Both the position numbers and the translations under genes were made by a program. This document shows, piece after piece, positions 51,566 through 60,284 of a stretch of 64,000 nt of DNA; position 1 is the first letter of the stretch, and each line of letters opens with the position of its first letter. The stretch is from an uncultured Actinomycetota bacterium (lineage in GTDB: Bacteria; Actinomycetota; Actinomycetes; Propionibacteriales; Propionibacteriaceae): assembly GCA_963845915.1 (NCBI GenBank), contig CAWJUB010000017.1:6838-70837 (forward strand), given 5' to 3'. The notes beneath the pieces are model-generated. The model did no database searches. It was not told where the DNA came from and saw only the letters and a list, made by a program, of their open reading frames with translations.

Positions 51566-52662
51566 TCAGGGCAGCAGGATCGTGCGGCCGATACCGCCGA
51601 TGCGCAGCTCGGCGTACGCCTCGTTCACCTCGGCGAGCGGCCGGCGGCCGCCGATCAGCTCGTCGAGGGGAAGCCGGCCGGCCAGGTAGAGCGCGAAGAT
51701 GCGAGGCAGGTCGAGGCGCGGGTTGCTGGAGCCGTACAGCGAGCCGACGATGCGCTTCTGCCGCTGCACGAGTTCGTTGATCGGCACCGCGACCGTGGCG
51801 TCGGCGCTGCTCAGGCCGACCGCGACGAGCGTGCCGGCGGGCCGAGGCACTCGACCGCCTGCCGCATCGTCTCCGGGCGGCCGACGGCCTCGATCATCCA
51901 GGGCACACCACCGTCGGAGAGCCCGAGCACCCGGTCGACGACGTCACCCGCGCCTGCGTCCACGACATGCGTGGCGCCGACCCGCTGGGCGAGCTCGAGC
52001 TTGGCCGGGTCGATGTCGATCGCGATCACCGGATGGGCCCCGATGAGCGCGGCGCCCATGACGGCCGCAAGGCCGACGCCGCCGGTGCCGAAGACGGCGA
52101 GCGGCTGACCGGCCGCCCGGTGCACCGCGTTCAGCACGGCTCCGACGCCCGTGATCACCGCGCACGCGGAGATGGCGGCGATCTCCGGCGGCACGCCGTC
52201 CGGCACCGGGAGCACGCTCGTCTCGGAGACCACCACCCGTTCCGCGAAGCACGAGACACCCATCAGGTGGTGGATGCGCTCCTCGCCCTGATGCAGGCGG
52301 GTCGTGCCGTCCATCAGCCCGTTGGTCGTCGCGAGCACCCGGCCGAACCGGCAGAGCACCGGGTTGCCGGCCACGCATGCCTCGCACTCGCCGCAGCGGG
52401 GCCGCCAGAGCAGGGCCACCCGGTCACCGACCGACACGCGGGCGCCGGCCCGCGGACCGACGGCCTCGACGATGCCGGCACCCTCATGGCCCACCACGAG
52501 GGGCAGCTTCGCCTGCAGGTCGCCCGTCATGTAGTGCAGGTCGCTGTGGCAGACGCCGGCGGCCTCGATGCGGACCCGGACCTCCCCGGCCCTCGGCTCA
52601 TCGAGTTCGACGTCCTCGAGCTGGAGCGGCGCGCCGATCTCCCGCAGCACCGCCGCCCTCAT
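51566..52662 (-). pseudogene. Zinc-dependent alcohol dehydrogenase (MDR family), one frameshift
   Basis: GVCHSDLH, GHEGAGIVEAVG, CGECEACVAGNPVLC and VFGTGGVGLAAV are present. The break near 51840 separates ..RQAVECL from RPAGTLVAVGLSS... Confidence 0.8.
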
Positions 52663-54035
52663 CGAAGGGTTTTCGCGGCAAGGCCGTGCTGGAGCTCGGC
52701 GAGGAGTGGCTCGCGCACGGCGCAGGACTCGAATGCGAACGAGTCGGCGAGCGCATCAAGCTCGGTGTCGTCGAGCCCGCGGAACCGGCTTGCGTACTCA
52801 TGGGCCAGCGGCTGGGCGATGGTGATGTTGAGCAGCAGCGTGCGCACCCAGTCGAATCGGCCCCAGGGGTAGGGGTCGAAGTCGGGGAACTCCCGCGCGA
52901 TCAGGTCTTGAACGGGCTGCGTCACTTCGGCGACGCCGATTCCGTCGCTGCCCCACTGGTCGGCGGCAAGCCGGTTCTTCTTGGCCACGAAGTCGTCGAA
53001 CCGGCGACGATACGGCGTGTCCGGTCGAACCGAGACCAGACCCTGCCGACCGATGTCCTTGTACATCCACAGCGCCCAGCTCGCCGAATGCCGCCGGTAG
53101 AGGTCGAGCTGGTCGGCGAGGATGCCGCGGAGCCGCGCGTCCTCCGGCTCGTTCCCGGTGTAGATCGGTCCGAACTCCCCCACCAGGATCGGGGTGCCGG
53201 TCGATCGCGCGTACGCGGATCGCTTCAGGAACTTCTGCTCCGCCTCCTCGCGGCTGTAGTGAGGGCTGCGCCCGAGGCCGGCATCCACATAGTCGTGCAA
53301 CGTATAGACGGCGTTCTCGAAGGGCTCGTCGAAGATGTCGAACTCCGTCGCATAGGTGTTGCCGTCGAGGAAGACGGTGTGATCCGGGTCCACCGCCCGG
53401 ATCGCCGTGACCAGCCGCCGGTAGAACGGTCCCACGACGCTGCGGGACTCATCCGCCGGCTCGTTCAGCAGGTTGTACCCCGCCACCCAGGGGTTGCCTC
53501 GGTAGTGGTCGGCGATGGCCTCCCACAGGTTCACGACCCGGTCCTGGAAATGTCGGTGCTCCCAGAACGCGGGGACGTGCGTGGGGTTGTCGGAGTGCCA
53601 GTGGTGGTTCTGCGAGCCGGGCAGGGCGTGCAGGTCGACGATCGAGTAGACGCCGTGGCGGGCCAGCGCGTCGATGGCCCGGTCGAGGTGGCGGAAGCCA
53701 TCGGCCTCGATCTCGAACGGTCGAGCGTCGTCCTCGAAGTGCTTGTAGCCAACGGCGATTCGCGCGAGGTTCATCCCAGCCTCGCCGAGGAAGGCAGCGT
53801 CCGGCTCATCGAAGAACCGGGTGAGGAGGCGCTCGAAGAAACGCTCGGCCCGGTCGTCGCCGATCGCCCGCCGTACCTCCCGCCGCATCAGCGTCTCGTT
53901 CGCCGAATATCCGGTGATGAAGTTCTCCATGTTCAGCCAACCACCCAGGCAGACGCCGCGAAGGAGCAGTGGCTCGCCGTCAGGGCCGAGGAATGACGAC
54001 CCGGAGGTTTGGATCGTCGGCGTGCTAGCAGTCAT
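52659..54035 (-). CDS. Glycoside hydrolase family 5
   Basis: The start is taken at MTASTPTIQ... (ATG 54035, GGAG upstream). It has GVCLGGWLNMENF, the acid/base region NLLNEP and the nucleophile region LVGEFGP. It has an ATGA overlap with the downstream ADH gene. Confidence 0.8.
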   Translation of the reverse strand: MTASTPTIQTSGSSFLGPDGEPLLLRGVCLGGWLNMENFITGYSANETLMRREVRRAIGDDRAERFFERLLTRFFDEPDAAFLGEAGMNLARIAVGYKHFEDDARPFEIEADGFRHLDRAIDALARHGVYSIVDLHALPGSQNHHWHSDNPTHVPAFWEHRHFQDRVVNLWEAIADHYRGNPWVAGYNLLNEPADESRSVVGPFYRRLVTAIRAVDPDHTVFLDGNTYATEFDIFDEPFENAVYTLHDYVDAGLGRSPHYSREEAEQKFLKRSAYARSTGTPILVGEFGPIYTGNEPEDARLRGILADQLDLYRRHSASWALWMYKDIGRQGLVSVRPDTPYRRRFDDFVAKKNRLAADQWGSDGIGVAEVTQPVQDLIAREFPDFDPYPWGRFDWVRTLLLNITIAQPLAHEYASRFRGLDDTELDALADSFAFESCAVREPLLAELQHGLAAKTLR

Positions 54036-54050
54036 CCGACTCCTATGTAG

Positions 54051-54068
54051 GAAAGTTTCGCCGAACGG
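54051..54068. promoter_or_regulatory. GAAAGTTTCG-CCGAAC element immediately upstream of the GH5 gene
   Basis: It has the same AAGTTTCG half-site as the operators at 35190 and 45522, and an imperfect second half (CCGAACGG). Confidence 0.35.
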
Positions 54069-54134
54069 AGAGAGACTTTTCTCATGCCAACCTACGGACC
54101 GGACCAACGAGCGTCAAGCGGGTGGTGTGCCCGT

Positions 54135-54324
54135 GGTGTGCGTGCACTCCACCAGACGAACTGCGCCTCATTGCGTGTTGCTCGAGGTGCCCGTCGTGTC
54201 GCAATGCAAATTCTGCCGCACAGCAGGATCTCCCATCACGATCGACATCTATTCACACGTCGCTGCAGCGAGCACCCGCGAAGCGCTTGGGCGACTATGC
54301 ACGACGTTATCAATCAGGAGCTAA
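54135..54324 (+). pseudogene. Tyrosine recombinase C-terminal remnant (degenerate, one frameshift)
   Basis: GVRALHQTNCASLRVARGARRVAMQILPHSRIS / ITIDIYSHVAAASTREALGRL parallels the integrase end H.LRHT.A..L...G......LGHS.I..T.D.Y.HV. The catalytic residues are eroded. Confidence 0.5.
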
Positions 54325-54445
54325 AGGCCAACTGCTGCAGTTTGCTGGGAGCAGCTGAGGATCGAGATCGGTCGGCTGTTCGCCGCGGATCGGGGCTGTT
54401 ACGGTCCGCCGCGGATCACCGCCGATCGAGGAGGGCTGGCGGGGG
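54325..54445 (+). mobile_element. IS3-family OrfB N-terminal fragment
   Basis: ...EQLRIEIGRLFAADRGCYGPPRITADL.. resembles the conserved start of IS3-family OrfB (I..I.....YG.PRI...L). No DDE core follows. Confidence 0.4.
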
Positions 54446-54637
54446 GAGGCGCAATGGGGCACACCACCGGCAGACGAGCGCACCGGCCCCGTCAGCCCCC
54501 GCCGCCGGTCCCGGCGGCGCTGTTCCCGGCCCCGGGCCGGCGTGGTAGGAATTGTCTTCGGGCTGGAGCAATGTCGCTGCCATCGGCGTGCGCCGCCCGG
54601 ACGGCCCACGACGCGGAACCTCGACCCAGGGACTCGG

Positions 54638-55632
54638 ATGCGCGCACTGGTCATCTCCGGCGCCGGCGGCCACGCGCTGCTCGACCACGACGTGCCGCCG
54701 GCCGACCCGGGTGACCTGCTGCTGGCCCCGCTGGCCGTCGGGCTGTGCGCCACCGACCTGGAGCTGCTTGACGGCTCAATGGTGTACCTGCGCGACGGGC
54801 CGCGCGCAGCTGCCCCTGGTGCCCGGGCACGAGTGGGTGGCCCCGGTGGTGGACCCCGGCGCGCCGGGCAGCGGGTTCGCCGTGGGCGACGTCGTGGTGG
54901 GGGAGTGCAGCATCGGTTGCGGCGACTGCCCCGTGTGCGCCTCGGGCGCCTACCACCAGTGCCCGCGGCGGCAGGAGACCGGCGTAATGAACCGCGACGG
55001 CGCTCTCGCCCAGCGGCTGCGCTTCCCCGCCCGCAGCGCCCACGCCGTGCCGCCGGGCGTGGACGTGGAGGACGCCGTCTTCGCCGAGCCGACGGCGGTC
55101 GCGCTGCGGGCCGTTCTACGCTCCGGCGCCGAGCCCCGCTCGCGCGTGCTCGTCGTGGGCGGTGGCACCCTCGGCTGGCTTGCCGCTGCGGTCTTCCTCG
55201 ACCTCCTGGACGCCGAGGTCGCCGCCCTGGAGCCCGATGCCGGTCGCATGGGCGGCTGGCGGCGCTGGGCGTGCGCGCGGCCGGGGCGGAGGAGGTCTTC
55301 GACGTCGTGCTGGAGGCCAGCGGCAGCCGGGGCGGCGTGGCCGCGGCCCTGGACCGGCTGGGCCCCAGCGGGCGCCTGGTGGTGATCGGCCTGACCGGGG
55401 CGGAGTCGGTGCCGGTGGACCTGGACCGGGTCGTGGTGAACGACCAGGTGGTCCTGGGGTCCCTCTGGGCAGCCCCGACGTATGGCCGCAGGCCCTGGAG
55501 CTGCTCGGGCGCGGACGCGTGCGGCCCTCAGCGCTGGTCACCCACCGCTACCCGCTGGAGGCGGTCGGCGAGGCCGTCGCCACCATGCGCGACCGGGCCC
55601 CGGGCACCGGCAAGGTCCTCGTCCTCCCGTAG
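54638..55632 (+). pseudogene. Zinc-dependent alcohol dehydrogenase (MDR; threonine/sorbitol dehydrogenase-like), three frameshifts
   Basis: MRALVISGAGGHALL..GLCATDLELLDGSMVYLRDG / AQLPLVPGHEWVAPV..CGDCPVCASGAYHQC..VLVVGGGTLGWLAA / ..AALGVRAAGAEEVFDVVLEASGS..LVVIGL / GSPDVWPQALELL..GKVLVLP*. Breaks lie near 54800, 55248 and 55468. GC is very high. Confidence 0.75.
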
Positions 55633-55688
55633 GAGCCGGGTCGGGACGAGCAGCAGGAGCACGACACCACGACGAGGAGGAGCGACGC

Positions 55689-56752
55689 GTGAAGAGCAAG
55701 GACGTCCACGGGTTCAACTACGACGGGTCCTGGGGGACCAGCGGCCTGGACCTGTGGCAGCACCACGACCACGGGAAGATGGCGGTGGAGATCGCCCGGG
55801 GCAAGGAGTACTTCCCGGGCTGGAACGTCGCCCGCTGGTGGCTGTCCCACGAGGCCCACCAGCGCGACCCGCAGCGCTTCCTGGCCAACTTCGAGGCCGG
55901 GCTGGGGATCTTCGCCCAGCACGGCATCCTGGTGATGCCGTTGCTGTTCAACCGGTGGCGCGACCCGGTGTGCGACTTCGGCGGCGTGCCCCTGGACCAC
56001 CTGATCCCCCACCACAGCGCGTGGACGAACGTGGACGACCTGTTCGTCAACCCCGACGCGGGGGACCCGGTCGCCGCGCCCGTGCAGGGGATCTTCCACC
56101 GCTACCTGGCGGATGTGGTGGGCGCGCACCTGGACGACGAGCGCATCTACGCCTGGGACCTGTGCAACGAGCCCCTCATGGGCAGCTACGTCGACGACGA
56201 GAACAGCCCGATCCGCAAGGCGGAGCTGACCTGGCTGACCTGGTGCTACCGGGTCTGCAAGGACCTCGGCGCCCAGCAGCCGCTGACCATCGGCAACTAC
56301 CCCAACGTCAAGGCGCTGGAGCTGACCGAGCCGATCAGCGACATCCTCAGCTTCCACCCGTACTACATGTGGAACGGCAGCGGGAACCAGCTGCAGACCA
56401 AGTCCAAGGACGGCTTCGAGGGCTACCTGGACGAGTGCGTGGCGATCGCCGAGCGCGCCGGCAAGGAGCTGATCGCCAACGAGACCGTCTGGGGCGCGCG
56501 CGACGACGCCACGCACGTGGAGGTCATGCGCTACACCCTGGCCCAGCTGACCCAGCGCGGCATCGGTTTCACCGTGCACGCCCTGCACCACAGCCTGGTC
56601 GCCGACCTGCACCGCGACGAGTGGGGCCCGGTCGGTGGCCCGGAGTGGCTGCACTTCATCGAGGCCGACGGCTCCCTGCGCGCGGGCCACGAGGCGTTCA
56701 ACGAGTTCGCCCCCGTAGGCGACGGCGACCGGGGAGGCTGCGCGGGTGGGCC
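55689..56752 (+). CDS. Clan GH-A glycoside hydrolase (GH5-like); 3' end apparently cut by an IS3 remnant (ORF reads through to 57002)
   Basis: A GTG follows GAGGAGGAG. It has the acid/base region YAWDLCNEP and a nucleophile-like ELIANETVWG. After ..HEAFNEFAP the ORF runs into IS3-end sequence, so the last ~85 codons are probably read-through. Confidence 0.65.
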
Positions 56753-56980
56753 TGAATCGCCCTGGAAAGGCCGGAGGGTGCTGATCCAACACAGGAGGAT
56801 TCAGCCATGTCAGCACCGACGAAGTACGACCAGGAGTTCCGTGAGCGGGCGGCCCGGACGTATAGGGAGCGGCTCGAGGAGCAGTGAGTCCAAGCGAAGC
56901 GGCGGCGCCGTCGGAGTGATGTTGGACCCCGAATCCAGAGACGTTGCGGAACTGGGTCGAGGAGCGGGAGGGGTTGAGTC
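56753..56980 (+). mobile_element. IS3-family left end: IRL-like sequence plus truncated orfA
   Basis: TGAATCGCCCTGGAAAGGCCGGAGGG resembles IS3-family terminal repeats (TGA...GCCC). It is followed by MSAPTKYDQEFRERAARTYRERLEEQ* and, in another frame, ..NPETLRNWVEEREG, typical of OrfA. The element stops abruptly near 56980. Confidence 0.55.
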
Positions 56981-56989
56981 CGGGCGGTT

Positions 56990-57629
56990 GGCTGGACTTT
57001 GAGGTGGTCAGCCGGGAAACCCCACACGGTGGCGCTCGGCTGACGGTGCCTGCTCAGGTCGGCTATCCGTACCGGCTCTGGCTGCTGGTCACGTACGCGC
57101 TGACGGAACAAGGTTTGACGATCAGTGTGGAGGCCACCAACACCGGACCAGACCCGGCGCCGTTCGGTGCGAGCATCCATCCCTACCTGGGCGCGGGCGC
57201 CGGTGTGGTCGACGGCTGGGTCCTCGAACTCCCGGCGGCGAGAGTCCTGACGGTCACGGCCGACAGGCTTGTTCCTGTTGACCTTCGCTCGGTGGCTGAA
57301 CTGGACCGTTTCGATTTTCGTCGGCCACGGACCATCGCGGACACTTTTGTCGATCATGCTTTCACCGACCTCTCCGCCGGTCCCGGATGGCAGATTCACC
57401 GCCGCCTAACGGGTGCGGGAAGGAAGCGGCGTCGCTATCACCTGGGGTCAGGAGTGCCGTTGGGTGCAAGTACACACGGCCTGAACACCCTGATCCCCGA
57501 CTTAACAGGCTCGGCTCAGCGGTTGAGCCCATGACGTGCCCGCCGGACGCGTTCAACTCGGGCCGTCACCTGATCACCCTGCCGATCGGCGGCTCCACGA
57601 CCGTGGAGTGGCAGATCACCGGTTTCTAG
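56990..57629 (+). pseudogene. Aldose 1-epimerase (galactose mutarotase-like), 5'-truncated, at least 3 frameshifts
   Basis: ..GYPYRLWLLVTYALTEQGLTISVEATNTGPDPAPFGASIHPYL..DRFDFRRPRTIADTFVDHAFTDL.. then ..GSGVAITWGQECRWVQVHT.. and ..RLGSAVEPMTCPPDAFNSG..VEWQITGF* lie in other frames. The first ~90 residues are missing. Confidence 0.65.
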
Positions 57630-57644
57630 CGGAGATCTGGGGGA

Positions 57645-57684
57645 GAACCCAGAAGTGGCCAGTGGAACCCAGAAGTGGCCAGTG
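57645..57684. repeat. Perfect tandem duplication of a 20-mer
   Basis: GAACCCAGAAGTGGCCAGTG occurs at 57645-57664 and again at 57665-57684. It contains the palindromic TGGCCA. Confidence 0.8.
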
Positions 57685-57764
57685 GAGGATGCCCGGCGAA
57701 CCGGCCATACGGGCCTGTGCGGCGGTGTGACATGCTGTCGAGGGTCCGGCCGCCCAGCCGAACT

Positions 57765-58020
57765 CCGGCTACCGCTCGTTGGATGGTCGGAGTCGGGCGC
57801 AGCGGAGGCGATGGAGCAGCCCGCCAGCGCTACGAGGTCACGCTAACTGCCACCGCACTGCAGTTCTCGACCCGATCTGAGATGATCGACTTGAGGGTCT
57901 TGGGGCCGGCGTCTGCTGGACGAATCGCCCAGACCCTCGAGCTGTCACCACCACCATCCCCGACGACCTGTGGTCTGAGCTCTTGAGGCCGCTCCGAAAC
58001 CCTGCTCTGGCTGAGCTGAA
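57765..58020 (+). pseudogene. Aldo/keto reductase 3'-terminal remnant, paralogue of 47248..48208
   Basis: ..AAEAMEQ / ..YEVTLTATALQFSTRSEMIDLRVLGPASAGRIAQTLELS / IPDDLWSEL.. parallels ..EAAEAMEAACRRYGVPLAAAALQFSMRSEMIDSTVVGVSSPERITQTLELAAV.IPDELWPEL. Confidence 0.6.
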
Positions 58021-58074
58021 GCCAGTTCGCCGGGTCTGGAGCGCCCAGGTCCGGCGCGGTGAACGAGAGGACTG

Positions 58075-59344
58075 ATGGTACGTCTGTTCAGAACGGAACA
58101 TCGGGTTGACACCGACGTTGACATCTCGAGTGTCGCGTTCTGGCGCCAGCCCTTTCACCTCCGGGATGTGGCTTTCGGCCGGCTACGCGCCGAGCGGCCC
58201 GTGAGCTGGCATCCCGCGCTGGAAACGCCCGGCTACCCGAAGAGCAAGCACCACGAAGCGGGGTTCTGGGCGGTGACCACCGTGGAGGACATCGCCTACG
58301 CGAGTCGTCATCACGAGCTGTTCAGCTCAGAGCTCGGGCAGGTCAACCTACGCCCCGCCCCGTTCCAGGTGGACCCGAACATGCTGGTCCTGGACCCACC
58401 TGCCCACGACAGCCTCCGGCGAGTGGTCAGCGCCGCCTTCACACCCAAGGCCGTCGCGCGGCTCGAGCGCACGATCGAGCGGCGATCCAAACAGATCGTT
58501 GCCCGGGCCGCCGCTCGTGGCGAGTTCGACTTCGTGCGCCACGTCGCGGCCCAGCTTCCGCTGCGGACGATCGCCGAACTTTTCGGGTTACCGCCCAGCG
58601 AGCATGACTCCTTCGTCGTCGCCGCCGACGCCTACGTCGGTTCAGGCTTTCCGGCCGAGCTTCCGGCGGGTATCACGATGCAGGCGTTCTACGAGGCCCA
58701 GGTCGCGTACTTGAGGAACCTGTGCACCGCGCTGGCCCGCTTCCGCCGGAGAGTGCCCGCCGAGGACCTGGTGACCTGTCTGGTGAACGCAGAGCTCGAT
58801 GGCCGGCCCCTCAGCGACGACGCAGATCCTCTCGACGATGCTGTTGCTCGTCGTCGCGGGTGATGACACCACCAAGCAAGCCACCACGCTGAGCCTGCTC
58901 GCACTTCACGCCAACCCGGCCGAACGCGATTGGCTCGGCGAAGACTTCGAAGGCCGAATCGACGACGCGCTGGAGGAGTTCATCCGATACGCCTCACCGG
59001 TCATCGTCTTTACCCGGACGGCCAGCGTCGATACCCAGCTCCACGGTGTTTCCATCACCGCCGGTGACAAGGTCGCGTTGTTCTATTGTTCTGGTAACCG
59101 AGACGCAACCGTGTTCACCTCACCGGAGACCTTCGACCTGAGACGACCCCGTGCCCAACACGTCGCATTTGGTGGAGGTGGCGTGCACTTTTGCCTGGGG
59201 AGCGCCGTGGCGAAAGTTCAGTTGAAGTCGCTGTTCCGGGAGATTCTTCGGCGGATGCCGCGGTTGGAGGTCGGCGAACCTGAGTTTGTCTTCAGCGAGT
59301 TCGTGCACGGGGTAAAAGCGTTGCCGGTGCGGGTCATCCGGTGA
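58075..59344 (+). pseudogene. Cytochrome P450, one frameshift
   Basis: An ATG follows GAGAGGA. The I-helix LLLVVAGDDTT, the ExxR motif (EEFIRY) and the heme loop FGGGGVHFCLG are present. The break near 58820 separates ..GRPLSDD from QILSTMLLL... Confidence 0.85.
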
Positions 59345-59399
59345 AAACCTCGAGGGAATGGGCGCGGTCGCCCATTCCCTCGCAAGTTGCGCTTCCGGC

Positions 59400-60284
59400 T
59401 CAGGCGCCGGCCAGCGACCCGCCGATCCCACCCACACTGAAGTACCGGTTCAGCGCCGCGAACAAGATCACCGGCGGCAACATCATCATCACCGCCACGG
59501 CCATCACCAGGCCCCAGTTCGTCGAGTTCTGCTGGAAGAAGCTCTGCAGGCCCACCGGGAATGTGAACTTTTCACTAGATCGAAGGAAGACGAGGGGGAC
59601 CAGATAGTCGTTCCAGGCCACCAAGAAAGCAAAGATGGCCGTGGACAGGATGCCTGGCAGCGAGTTCCGCAGCACGACGCGGAGGAAACCGCCGAAGACC
59701 GAGCAGCCGTCCATCCACGCTGCCTCCTCGAGATTGATCGGGATGGAGTCGTAGTAGGCCGCCATCATCCAGATCGCGACCGACATGGTGAAGCCGACGA
59801 AGATGATCGTGATGCCCGTCAGGGTGTCCACGAGGCCCAAGTTGGCGAACAGGATGAACAGCGGGATCACCGCGGTGACGAAGGGCAGCGCCTGCACAAT
59901 GAACAACACCAACGAGAATCCGGAGATCAACCGGCTCCGCCCCCGTGACAACACATACCCGGCCGGCGCCGCAACGGCGACCGACACCAGGACGGTAGCC
60001 AGGGTCGTCACCATGCTGTTGCGCAGCCAGAGCAAGACATCGGTCTGGCTGAATATATTGACGAAGTTCTCGAGCGTGAAGGTCGCCGTGCTCGTGCTCC
60101 CCAGCGAAGGCTGGAGGGAGAGCACGACGACCGCGAGGACCGGGATGAGTACGACGGCGGCGATCACCAAGACGAGAACGAACTTCCCCCAGCTGCCGCG
60201 CGGTTCCGGGTCAGCTTTGGTGGGCTCGGCCCCGAGGTGGGAGTCAGTCGCGTCGTGGCTTTCCGAGAACTCCACTGTGGTCAT
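59400..60284 (-). CDS. Sugar ABC transporter permease (MalG-type)
   Basis: The start is taken at MTTVEFSESHD... (ATGA overlap with the upstream permease stop at 60281-60284). The EAA region is LEEAAWMDGCSVFGGFLRVVL. The 502-aa track ORF extension is Arg/Pro-rich and overlaps the neighbouring gene. Confidence 0.85.
   Translation of the reverse strand: MTTVEFSESHDATDSHLGAEPTKADPEPRGSWGKFVLVLVIAAVVLIPVLAVVVLSLQPSLGSTSTATFTLENFVNIFSQTDVLLWLRNSMVTTLATVLVSVAVAAPAGYVLSRGRSRLISGFSLVLFIVQALPFVTAVIPLFILFANLGLVDTLTGITIIFVGFTMSVAIWMMAAYYDSIPINLEEAAWMDGCSVFGGFLRVVLRNSLPGILSTAIFAFLVAWNDYLVPLVFLRSSEKFTFPVGLQSFFQQNSTNWGLVMAVAVMMMLPPVILFAALNRYFSVGGIGGSLAGA

Noticed and set aside
52377-53996. A 539-aa plus-strand ORF.
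   Set aside because: It is antisense to the intact GH5 gene and the ADH start, and is Arg/Pro/Gly-rich. It is a typical high-GC antisense artefact.
54542-56755. The largest ORF in the track (737 aa, plus strand).
   Set aside because: It is extremely Arg/Pro/Gly/Ala-rich. It runs out of frame through two genes that show clear motifs in other frames (an MDR dehydrogenase and a GH-A hydrolase). It is a high-GC shadow ORF.
55548-56816. A 422-aa minus-strand ORF.
   Set aside because: It is antisense to the hydrolase gene, which carries WDLCNEP and ANETVWG. It has a low-complexity V/G/A/D/L/H composition and no motifs.
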